Of a stretch of DNA of 30,866 nucleotides, positions 19,704 to 27,383 are shown one piece after another (the stretch's first letter is position 1; the number at the start of each line of letters is the position of its first letter). A model generated the notes under the pieces. That model was given only the letters and a program-made list of their open reading frames with translations. It had not been told where the DNA came from and made no database searches. The DNA is taken from contig JBEICO010000001.1 in NCBI GenBank assembly GCA_040383965.1, positions 1 to 30,866 of the forward strand, written 5' to 3'. A program made the translations under genes and the position numbers. This stretch comes from Francisellaceae bacterium. GTDB lineage: Bacteria > Pseudomonadota > Gammaproteobacteria > UBA6186 > Azoamicaceae.

Positions 19704-20909
19704 CTACCAGCGTCTACTCGCCGTGCTCATTTCACTCGCTTCCTTGGCTGACAGCGGCTGTCCTATTCGTGACAGTGGGTTACTTCTTTCTTCGTGACTA
19801 TCGTCATCGGTAACCGTTTCAGCATCACCAGCGTAAGGCGGCGGGTTAAGTTTTCTTCTTTTTGTGATACTAGGAGCTGCTGCAGAAAATGCAAGAGAGC
19901 TGTTTGCTTCAAGTCTCCGTTGTGGGGCGTCCAATCGCGTTCGTTCAGCAGCAAGTTCAGCTGTTAATCTTATGTTTTCTAATAGTTCTACTAATAATCT
20001 TTGGTCAGCGGAGAGAGCGGGAGGAGTTGCGCGGGCAGCTGTCGAAGGTGGAGTAGCGGATGCTATAAGATTACTAGTTGCAGCGGCCGCTTCCGCTGGA
20101 ACACGAATACGAGCAAGTGCCTGATTTGCCTCCGCAAGCCCTTGTGCTGCGGCCTGAGTATAAAGTTCTACTGCTTTCGCCTCATCCTTGGTAACTCCTA
20201 TTCCCCGTAGATAGCAATACCCAAGACTGCATTGCGCAGTTGCATTCCCTTGTGCTGCGGCCTGAGTATAAAGTTCTACTGCTGTCGCCTCATTCTTGGT
20301 AACTCCTATTCCGTGTAGATAGCAATACCCAAGACTGTATTGCGCAGCCACATATCCTCGTTCTGCAGCGTGAGTATAAAGTTCTACTGCTGTCGCCTTA
20401 TTCTTGGCAACTGCTTCCGCCTTATTATTGGCAACTCCTTTTCCATACTGATAGCAATACCCAAGACTGTATTGCGCAGCCACATATCCTTGTTCTGCAG
20501 CAAGTTTAAAGAGTCTTACTGCTTTCGCCTCATTCTTGGTAACTCCTATTCCGTGTAGATAGCAAACGGCTAAAATGGTTTGTTTTTTGGTAGTGCTAGA
20601 GCTCGCGGCTGCCGCAGCTGCAGCCGCTTCACCTCTCGCATATTTAAAAAAAGCTTCATATTCTAGGGCTGTAAATTTCTTTTTAAGCATTTGCCCTACT
20701 AAGCTGGAAAACTGCTTGCTTGCTAAAAACACCTCGAACAATAAATCTAATCCGGATACACTATCTTTAGCGACATTGGAATACCCGTAGATTTGACATA
20801 AGCCGTAGCTAACTTTGGCACGATAATTAGGAGGGATCTCTGCAGCTTCTCTTTTTAATTCGTTCACTTCTTGTGCTGTTAACCTTCTTAAACTTTCTTC
20901 GATAAACAT
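19704..20909 (-). CDS. Sel1-like repeat protein, candidate secreted effector
   Basis: Four SLRs (AQYSLGYCYxxGxGVxKxExxAVxLYxxAAxQG), Ala8 linker, KRRK motif, acidic C-terminal patch, no signal peptide, AGGAG RBS. Confidence 0.92.
   Translation of the reverse strand: MFIEESLRRLTAQEVNELKREAAEIPPNYRAKVSYGLCQIYGYSNVAKDSVSGLDLLFEVFLASKQFSSLVGQMLKKKFTALEYEAFFKYARGEAAAAAAAASSSTTKKQTILAVCYLHGIGVTKNEAKAVRLFKLAAEQGYVAAQYSLGYCYQYGKGVANNKAEAVAKNKATAVELYTHAAERGYVAAQYSLGYCYLHGIGVTKNEATAVELYTQAAAQGNATAQCSLGYCYLRGIGVTKDEAKAVELYTQAAAQGLAEANQALARIRVPAEAAAATSNLIASATPPSTAARATPPALSADQRLLVELLENIRLTAELAAERTRLDAPQRRLEANSSLAFSAAAPSITKRRKLNPPPYAGDAETVTDDDSHEERSNPLSRIGQPLSAKEASEMSTASRRW
20139..20565 (-). repeat. 108-bp tandem repeats encoding the Sel1 units
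   Basis: Period 108 (CCCTTGTGCTGCGGCCTGAGTATAAAGTTCTACTGC at 20139 and 20247); one unit is lengthened by a 24-bp duplication. Confidence 0.92.
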
Positions 20910-20952
20910 CTTTTTCTCCTTTGGTTTAATTGGTTTGTAAAATTATTCATTT

Positions 20953-21306
20953 TTAGTTTTTAATTAAGCTGTAGTGTACTTTTTTTTCGTGACTATCGTC
21001 ATCGGTAACCTTTTCAGTATCATCCATGGCGTGAATAAGAGCTGTTACAGGTATTTCAGGAAACGCAGCGATTGCAGATTGAGCAGCAGTAGATGCAACC
21101 AGAGTTTCGTTTGTTGTTGTAGTAGAAAATACGAAGGAATTTTCTAATGAAGTTCCATATTGTCTAGTGATGGTTTGTTTTTCTAGGACTTCTAATCGTA
21201 TAGGATATCGGTAGATTTGACATAACCCATAGCTAATCTTGGCCTGATAATTATTGGATATTTCCTGCCCCTCTCTTTTTAAATCGCTCATTTTTTTGAT
21301 AAACAT
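20953..21306 (-). CDS. Short paralogue of the Sel1 protein lacking the repeats (117 aa from the MFIKK start)
   Basis: Shares N-terminal LKRE..EI..NY.AK.SYGLCQIY and C-terminal VTDDDSHE with 19704-20909. May be a pseudogene. Confidence 0.6.
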   Translation of the reverse strand: MFIKKMSDLKREGQEISNNYQAKISYGLCQIYRYPIRLEVLEKQTITRQYGTSLENSFVFSTTTTNETLVASTAAQSAIAAFPEIPVTALIHAMDDTEKVTDDDSHEKKVHYSLIKN

Positions 21307-21905
21307 AATTATCTCTTTAGATTTTAATAGATGTTTAAAACATTCTATCTTCCAAACATAAAGCAAAGTTTATTCGGAATAACTTGGCTAATATAACTTA
21401 TTAATACGATTTTTTTTAGCTTACCCTTGGATAATATCATATGAAATGTAAAAAAACATGTGTATAAGGGCAATTGCATCATAACTAAGTAACTTAGATA
21501 AAATTAGGGTCGCTGTTTCGCATTAAAACCAAGCCACCTCGCCTTTCACCCAAAAGGTGGCGCTTGCGCGCACTATTTTATCGCCGCATGTTTCGCAGTT
21601 CAGCATAGCGTTTCTCACCCTTCATCTGCGCGAACGCCAAGATCCAGTCAAAAACAAATCATACTACTTCTTATTCAAAAAGTATTGGGTTAATCAATGA
21701 AAAACACGACCAAACGTATCATGAGAAGGAATTCCATAAGGCAACTCTAAAAATTGAGCAAACCAATCTTGGTGATCTTCCCCAAAATCTGCTATGTCTA
21801 CCCAAGTATCGCAATCACATAATGTTGCGCAAATGCTAATAACGGTAAGTATCCCTTAAAATACCACAGGTAATAAATAGAGTTTTCTGATAGTTTATTA
21901 ACTTA

Positions 21906-22112
21906 TTTGAAGATCGGCAAGATCTATTGGGACATCGATCGAGGCGTATTACAACGCATTACTCATCGGCTGAGCTGCAAAATCTCTATGAAGCAGCTAA
22001 CAAAGTTTGTGAAGTTCGTCGCAGTGGATCGGTTTTCACCCTGCTACGAAATACAAATTTTGGATTGCTAAAAAACGGAAACCAGCAAAATGAACAAAGA
22101 GTTGTTGTATGA
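21906..22112 (+). pseudogene. C-terminal remnant of a tyrosine recombinase (integrase)
   Basis: FEDRQDLLGHRSRRITTHYSSAEL is box II with the catalytic His and Tyr. No upstream catalytic domain is present. Ends 112 bp from the att in tRNA-His. Confidence 0.88.
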
Positions 22113-22224
22113 CTTTTTACAGATTGCTGGCTCCTAGGTCCCGCAAATATCCCGCACGGATTTTTTCGGGGTTCATTTAACGGAAATGAAATCGATGTAT
22201 GTGGTTGATTTTAAAGGAAAAATC

Positions 22225-22301
22225 TGGGGTGAACGACGGGGCTCGAACCCGCGACAACCGGAATCACAATCCGGGGCTCTACCAACTGAGCTACGTCCAC
22301 C
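22225..22301 (-). tRNA. tRNA-His(GTG)
   Basis: 77 nt including G-1; anticodon GTG; island target. Confidence 0.98.
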
Positions 22302-22329
22302 ATAATGCTATTTTAGTTCTGCCAGGTCA

Positions 22330-22406
<77 letters not shown>

Positions 22407-22413
22407 ATAAAAC

Positions 22414-22490
<77 letters not shown>

Positions 22491-22516
22491 AAATACTGGC
22501 CTAAAATGTGGTAGTC

Positions 22517-22546
22517 ATCATACCGTCCTAACAAGGACCCCGTCAA
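22517..22546 (-). promoter_or_regulatory. Candidate promoter of the tRNA-Pro-Arg-His operon
   Basis: TTGACG-N18-TATGAT; back-to-back with a TTGACA (22554-22559) facing folD. Confidence 0.6.
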
Positions 22547-22621
22547 ACCAAAGTTGACAAACTTTTTATTTGGCTTTACTACTATATGCACATTCGCTAA
22601 AGCTTATGCATTATACAACAT

Positions 22622-23488
22622 ATGTCTGCAAAAATTTTAAATGGTAAGGATCTGGCTGAAAAAAAACTTGCAGAGCTCAGTCTCCAGATCGCCAAGCATA
22701 AAAAAGCTGGCCTTCGTATGCCCGGCTTAGCCGTTATCCTGGTAGGAAATGATCCTGCCTCAGAAATTTATGTGCGAAAAAAAAATCTGGCATGCCAAAG
22801 AGTTGGCATTCACTCACAAATTATTCATTTAGATACCACCATTTCTCAATTAGAATTATTAAACTTCATTGATACGCTTAATCAAGATCCCACTATTGAT
22901 GGCATTTTAATCCAACTGCCCTTACCTACACATTTAGACAAACAAGTTCTGGTAGAGCGGATCCGCCCTGATAAAGATGTGGACGGCCTACACCCTTATA
23001 ACTTGGGACGTCTCGCACAAAAATTTCCTGTATTACGATCATGCACGCCAGCCGGGGTAATGGAACTCATTCATGCAACGGGAGTCCCCATCAAGGGACT
23101 TAATGCAACCGTGGTGGGGGTTTCCAATCTAGTCGGCAGACCCATGATATTAGAGCTATTGCTGGCAGGCTGTACTGTTACCGCTTGTCATAGCGCCACT
23201 AAAGATTTGGAACAAGCGGTCCGAAATGCAGATATTCTTGTGGCTGCTACAGGTAAACCTGCTTTGATTAAAGGCCATTGGATAAAAATGGGTGCGATAG
23301 TCATTGATGTTGGCACTAATAGAATAGATAATGATCGCTTAGTGGGAGACGTGGAATTCGACGAGGCTGTAAAACGCGCTGGTTGGATCACCCCAGTACC
23401 CGGAGGTGTGGGTCCAATGACAGTGGCGAGTTTACTAACCAATACACTTTATGCTTATAAGACACTACACTTGGGATTAGAGTCCTAA
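22622..23488 (+). CDS. folD: Bifunctional methylene-THF dehydrogenase/cyclohydrolase
   Basis: [52 protein letters not shown]. Confidence 0.98.
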   Translation: MSAKILNGKDLAEKKLAELSLQIAKHKKAGLRMPGLAVILVGNDPASEIYVRKKNLACQRVGIHSQIIHLDTTISQLELLNFIDTLNQDPTIDGILIQLPLPTHLDKQVLVERIRPDKDVDGLHPYNLGRLAQKFPVLRSCTPAGVMELIHATGVPIKGLNATVVGVSNLVGRPMILELLLAGCTVTACHSATKDLEQAVRNADILVAATGKPALIKGHWIKMGAIVIDVGTNRIDNDRLVGDVEFDEAVKRAGWITPVPGGVGPMTVASLLTNTLYAYKTLHLGLES

Positions 23489-23510
23489 CGTGAATACGGA
23501 AAGTTAGAAA

Positions 23511-24332
23511 ATGAAATCTTGGTTAAAAAAAGTGGGCAGTATTTTTTCTTTCACTCGAAAAAAGAGCGTTGCAACTCTGCTCAATAAAACCGAAGAGAAC
23601 ACGGACGAATTGCAAGTACCATGGTGGGGGACTTTTTCAGTCGATGAACAGCAATCCCGTTATTTTAAAGTAGGCAACATTGTCATCTGCTTAGATCGAT
23701 TCAATCAACAATGGCACATTACTACGCATCGAGAAGGTGAAGAACCCTTCAAAAGTTTCGCAGCACAAGCAACAAATGAAATTACCCTAAAACCTGCAAT
23801 GCCGGATCGATCTTTATTATCAAAATTAGATCGTCCTTTTTATATTCCCATGGGTGAAAAACTGCTGCTGTATATCAGCTCACCGCTCTGGATCCAAATC
23901 GAAGCCGGTAAGCCTGCTGTTTTACTCGATGAAATTCCAACTGAAGCTCTTGCAGACACCTGGTTTGGTAAGAATACCCTTGATGGAGAACTTTGTTATG
24001 CCAGCCAAATCCATTGTTCTACCGATTTAGAAGAGCTTCCAAGAGACACCACTCGAATTATCAGTCTTGTTTCTATTGAAAACCGTTCCCGAGAAACATT
24101 ATTACTGCAAGAACTTAGAGTCCCCCTTCCCTTTTTATCCATTTATGGCGATAAACAGAATTATCTCTGGACAGAACAATTAAATATTTTTCATGAAGAT
24201 CTCAACAATGTTGAGATCTCAGTTATCAAAGGATCTCCTAAACCCATGGATCAAATTCAATTTGTATATCCAGCTCGATTAAGTTTAAAACCAGGACTTA
24301 AGAGCTTGTTTACCTCATCATTGTGGAAGTAA
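23511..24332 (+). CDS. Conserved hypothetical protein, DUF432-like
   Basis: Long ORF in an operon with mscS; LYISSPLW..., DTWFG..LDGELCYA. Family assignment is from memory and tentative. Confidence 0.6.
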   Translation: MKSWLKKVGSIFSFTRKKSVATLLNKTEENTDELQVPWWGTFSVDEQQSRYFKVGNIVICLDRFNQQWHITTHREGEEPFKSFAAQATNEITLKPAMPDRSLLSKLDRPFYIPMGEKLLLYISSPLWIQIEAGKPAVLLDEIPTEALADTWFGKNTLDGELCYASQIHCSTDLEELPRDTTRIISLVSIENRSRETLLLQELRVPLPFLSIYGDKQNYLWTEQLNIFHEDLNNVEISVIKGSPKPMDQIQFVYPARLSLKPGLKSLFTSSLWK

Positions 24333-24336
24333 TACC

Positions 24337-25176
24337 ATGTTAAATTCAATTCCAGAACTATCACAGTACACGAGTCACTTTTCAGATTTCGTGACTAATT
24401 TTGATTTTCTTTTTATCCTTAGAATTATTAGTTACATTATTATTGGTATTGTAATCACTTTGTACATCTGTCGCATCGTTGGCAAAGTTTCTGAAAAACA
24501 TATTTCAGCACACCATTCGCAACTTATTCGTCGCATCACATTTTATATTGGATTGGTATTATCTTTTGTTTTTCCCTTAAAAGCTTCTGGTATAGACGTA
24601 ACGGCGATCTTAGGAGCTGCTGGAGTATTTGCCGGGATCTTGACGGCTGCCGTAGCCTTTGCCTCACAAACCTCAATTTCTAATTTTCTAAGTGGTGTGT
24701 TTTTAATTGCTGAAAAACCCTTCCAAGTCGGAGATTATGTGGTCATCAATGAAACCCTAGGGGAAGTGTTATCCATAGATTTGTTGTCCGTGAAAATAAG
24801 AACCAAAGATAATATATTTGTTCGCATTCCAAATGAAGTATTATTAAAATCTCAATTTAATAACCTTACGCGATTTCCGATACGCCGCTGCGATATAAAG
24901 CTGCGAGTGTCTTTTACCGAAGAACTCCAAAAAGTAAAAAGAATATTATTAGACGTTGCCAAACAAAACGCCCTTTGCTTGGTATCTCCCCCTCCTGAAT
25001 TTTGCTTTGTTGAATTTGGAGATGCGGCGATTGTGTTGCAATTTTCGGTATGGGGTAAGCAAGCTTCCTTTGCAAATTTACAAACCAACATTCAAATGGA
25101 TATTCAAGCGGCCTTCTGTAAACATGATATAAAGTTTCCAACCACCACCCCCATAATTGCTCTCCCGACTGCATAA
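24337..25176 (+). CDS. mscS: Small-conductance mechanosensitive channel family protein
   Basis: FASQTSISNFLSG, KPFQVGD, GEVLSIDLLSVKIRT, IPN, FGDAAI. Confidence 0.92.
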   Translation: MLNSIPELSQYTSHFSDFVTNFDFLFILRIISYIIIGIVITLYICRIVGKVSEKHISAHHSQLIRRITFYIGLVLSFVFPLKASGIDVTAILGAAGVFAGILTAAVAFASQTSISNFLSGVFLIAEKPFQVGDYVVINETLGEVLSIDLLSVKIRTKDNIFVRIPNEVLLKSQFNNLTRFPIRRCDIKLRVSFTEELQKVKRILLDVAKQNALCLVSPPPEFCFVEFGDAAIVLQFSVWGKQASFANLQTNIQMDIQAAFCKHDIKFPTTTPIIALPTA

Positions 25177-25193
25177 AAAGTTAATAAGAGTGA

Positions 25194-25336
25194 TTGGATG
25201 CCCAAAAATTCTATGTTAGACTTATCTTCTCGTCAGTTCATCGCGTTAGCAAGGTTAGCTAGCGTGAGTTCTGACAGATAACCACGGAGTTCCTGATGTT
25301 AAGAAGGGAGCGCTCCGTAATTGTAATGACGTCATT
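25194..25336 (+). promoter_or_regulatory. Candidate promoter, structured 5' leader and 12-bp palindrome
   Basis: TTGGAT-N17-TAGACT with extended -10 TG; hairpins at 25232-25275 and 25284-25318; AATGACGTCATT at 25325-25336. Confidence 0.45.
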
Positions 25337-25355
25337 TTAGTTTGGAGAGTTACCT

Positions 25356-25559
25356 ATGAAACGAGCAATTTTTGCTGTTATAGCTTCAATGTTTGTATTT
25401 TCTGCTGCATATGCTGCTGGTGATGCCCCTGCGGGTGCTGAAAAAGCTGCTACGTTAAGCGAAGCAGATTGCAAAGCAGCTTGGGACAAGTGCACAGACC
25501 AAGCATGCAAAGACAAACTGGTTGCTGATAGCGGTTGCAAAGCCGAAGAAACAAAGTAA
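25356..25559 (+). CDS. Secreted mini-protein with four cysteines
   Basis: GGAGAG RBS; signal peptide ending AYA; mature region C-x6-C-x4-C-x9-C; followed by a terminator. Confidence 0.85.
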   Translation: MKRAIFAVIASMFVFSAAYAAGDAPAGAEKAATLSEADCKAAWDKCTDQACKDKLVADSGCKAEETK

Positions 25560-25578
25560 TTTTTGTTTGATTTAGGAT

Positions 25579-25607
25579 AAGGTAGGTCGGATTGGCCTAC
25601 CTTTCTT
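25579..25607 (+). terminator. Intrinsic terminator
   Basis: AAGGTAGGTC-ggatt-GGCCTACCTT stem followed by TCTT. Confidence 0.7.
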
Positions 25608-25650
25608 AAAGATACCGTTTTGTAGCAGTTTTTTTACTAAGGAGAATAGT

Positions 25651-25896
25651 ATGATAAGGATCAATCAAACCGTATTATTAGGCTTAGCTGTCGTAACTTT
25701 CTCTCTTTTAAGTATTGCATTCGCAGACGAAACTCCTCCTAGCGTAACTGTTGACCAAAAAGAAATTCTTTGTGTCATGCCAGCAGAAGCTAATGACTCT
25801 GCTAATAAGCCTAATATTAAGAAAATGTCTGCGGAAGAGTGTGAAAAAGCTGGCGGAAAGCCCGCAATACCTCATGGCCCAAAACCTAAAGATTAA
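25651..25896 (+). CDS. Secreted mini-protein with two cysteines
   Basis: AAGGAG RBS; signal peptide ending AFA; MSAEECEKAGGK motif. Confidence 0.85.
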   Translation: MIRINQTVLLGLAVVTFSLLSIAFADETPPSVTVDQKEILCVMPAEANDSANKPNIKKMSAEECEKAGGKPAIPHGPKPKD

Positions 25897-25910
25897 TTGA
25901 TGTAACAACC

Positions 25911-25954
25911 CACTCACACGCCCTTTTGGCACCCTCTCCCGAAACGAGAGAGGG
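25911..25954 (+). repeat. BoxC-like palindromic repeat, copy 3 (degenerate)
   Basis: CACTCACACG-CCCTTTTGGCA-CCCTCTCCC-gaaac-GAGAGAGGG. Confidence 0.7.
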
Positions 25955-25976
25955 GAATTTGGGAATTATAGTGAGT

Positions 25977-27383
25977 TTAGGTTTTGACACTCCAGACTGT
26001 GCCACCACTCTTATCCTCTATAATAATCCCTTTGGAGAGTAAGAGCTTTCTTATTCTATCTGCCTCTGGCCAATCTTTAGTAGCTCTTGCTTGATTTCGG
26101 GCTTCAATAAAACTCTGGATCTCTTCAGGAGTGATCTCTTTACCTTGAAGGTTCTGTAAAAAATCCTGAGGTTTGCTATACAACAACCCTAATAAATTTC
26201 CCAATTTTACAAGTAAAGCCGACAATGAAATAATCTCTGTTGAGTTATCCCCTATATCTCTTAATCTATTAATCTCCCGCACTAAATCAAATAACACTGA
26301 GAGTGCTAAGGGCGTATTAAAATCATCATTCATGGCCTCTTGAAAGCGTTGTTCATACTCTGTGTTTTTGGGTGCCACTACCGCTGCTATGTCTAGTTCT
26401 TTATAGGCAAAAACTAATGCAGAGTACAATCTTTCAAGACCTTTAAATGCTAAGTCAATATTTTCCACGGTATAATCGACAGGACTTCTATAATGGCTAC
26501 TAATACTAAAATATCTTAAGACTTCAGGATGATGGTTTTCTAAAAATTCTCGGATCGTTAAAAAATTTCCCAGAGACTTAGACATCTTTTCTTTATCTAA
26601 TTGAACAAATCCAGTATGCATCCAGACATTAGCAAAAGTCTTATGGCTTGCAGCTTCAGATTGTGCCCGTTCATTTTCATGATGCGGAAATTTTAGATCC
26701 GTCCCCCCTCCATGAATATCTAAGGTTTCTCCTAAATTGTGTAAAGACATCGCGGAACATTCAATATGCCATCCAGGTCGACCATGTCCCCAAGGAGACT
26801 CCCAACTCGGCTCATCGGGTTTCGACATTTTCCACAACACAAAATCGAGCGGACACCGTTTAGCCTCATTCACTTCCACTCTGGCGCCAGCTTGTAAGTC
26901 TTCTATATCTCGATGAGAAAGACATCCATAACTTTCAAATTTCCGAACATCGTAATAAACATCTTGAGTCTCACCAATATAAGCAAATCCTTTATCTAAT
27001 AAATCTTGAATCATGTGAATCATTTGTGGAATATACTCTGTTGCTCGAGGCTCAACATTCGGCGGCGTAATATTCAGTTGTTTAAAATCTTCGTGCATCG
27101 ATTTAGTAAATCTAACGGTTAATTGCGAGATGGGCTCATTATTTTCAACCGCACGTTTAATAATTTTATCATCAATATCGGTAATGTTTCGAACATAACG
27201 TACTTCAAGACCTTGATATTCCATATACCGCTTGATGGTATCAAATGCTAAATATGTCCTCGCATGCCCAATATGGCAAAAATCATAAACGGTAGGCCCA
27301 CACACATAAAAATTAACTTTTCCAGGCTGTATAGGCTTAAAAACCTCTTTTCGTTTTGTGAGAGAATTATAGATGTGTAGCAT
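25977..27383 (-). CDS. cysS: Cysteine--tRNA ligase
   Basis: YVCGPTVY, HIGH, GRPGWHIECS, KMSKS. Start placed at MLHIYNSL (27383). Confidence 0.98.
   Translation of the reverse strand: MLHIYNSLTKRKEVFKPIQPGKVNFYVCGPTVYDFCHIGHARTYLAFDTIKRYMEYQGLEVRYVRNITDIDDKIIKRAVENNEPISQLTVRFTKSMHEDFKQLNITPPNVEPRATEYIPQMIHMIQDLLDKGFAYIGETQDVYYDVRKFESYGCLSHRDIEDLQAGARVEVNEAKRCPLDFVLWKMSKPDEPSWESPWGHGRPGWHIECSAMSLHNLGETLDIHGGGTDLKFPHHENERAQSEAASHKTFANVWMHTGFVQLDKEKMSKSLGNFLTIREFLENHHPEVLRYFSISSHYRSPVDYTVENIDLAFKGLERLYSALVFAYKELDIAAVVAPKNTEYEQRFQEAMNDDFNTPLALSVLFDLVREINRLRDIGDNSTEIISLSALLVKLGNLLGLLYSKPQDFLQNLQGKEITPEEIQSFIEARNQARATKDWPEADRIRKLLLSKGIIIEDKSGGTVWSVKT

Larger units (their letters stand above)
18396..22272. 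mobile_element. Degenerate integrative element (genomic island) at tRNA-His; 3829 bp between equivalent att positions
   Basis: Direct att repeats, integrase C-terminal remnant beside the intact tRNA, IS debris and orphan cargo. Confidence 0.9.

Noticed and set aside
20139-20565. 108-bp repeats as a non-coding array
   Set aside because: They are in-frame Sel1 coding repeats.
21307-21500. PmrA, LetA or CpxR boxes upstream of the effector-like genes
   Set aside because: No convincing match by eye; the AT-rich sequence gives only weak partial hits.
21609-21839. Open frame of about 76 codons on the + strand upstream of the integrase remnant
   Set aside because: No early start codon and no integrase or other recognisable motif.
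25222-25320. Known RNAs (SRP, 6S, tmRNA, RsmY/Z, TPP/FMN/SAM/glycine riboswitches)
   Set aside because: Diagnostic conserved motifs are absent; kept only as an unassigned structured leader.
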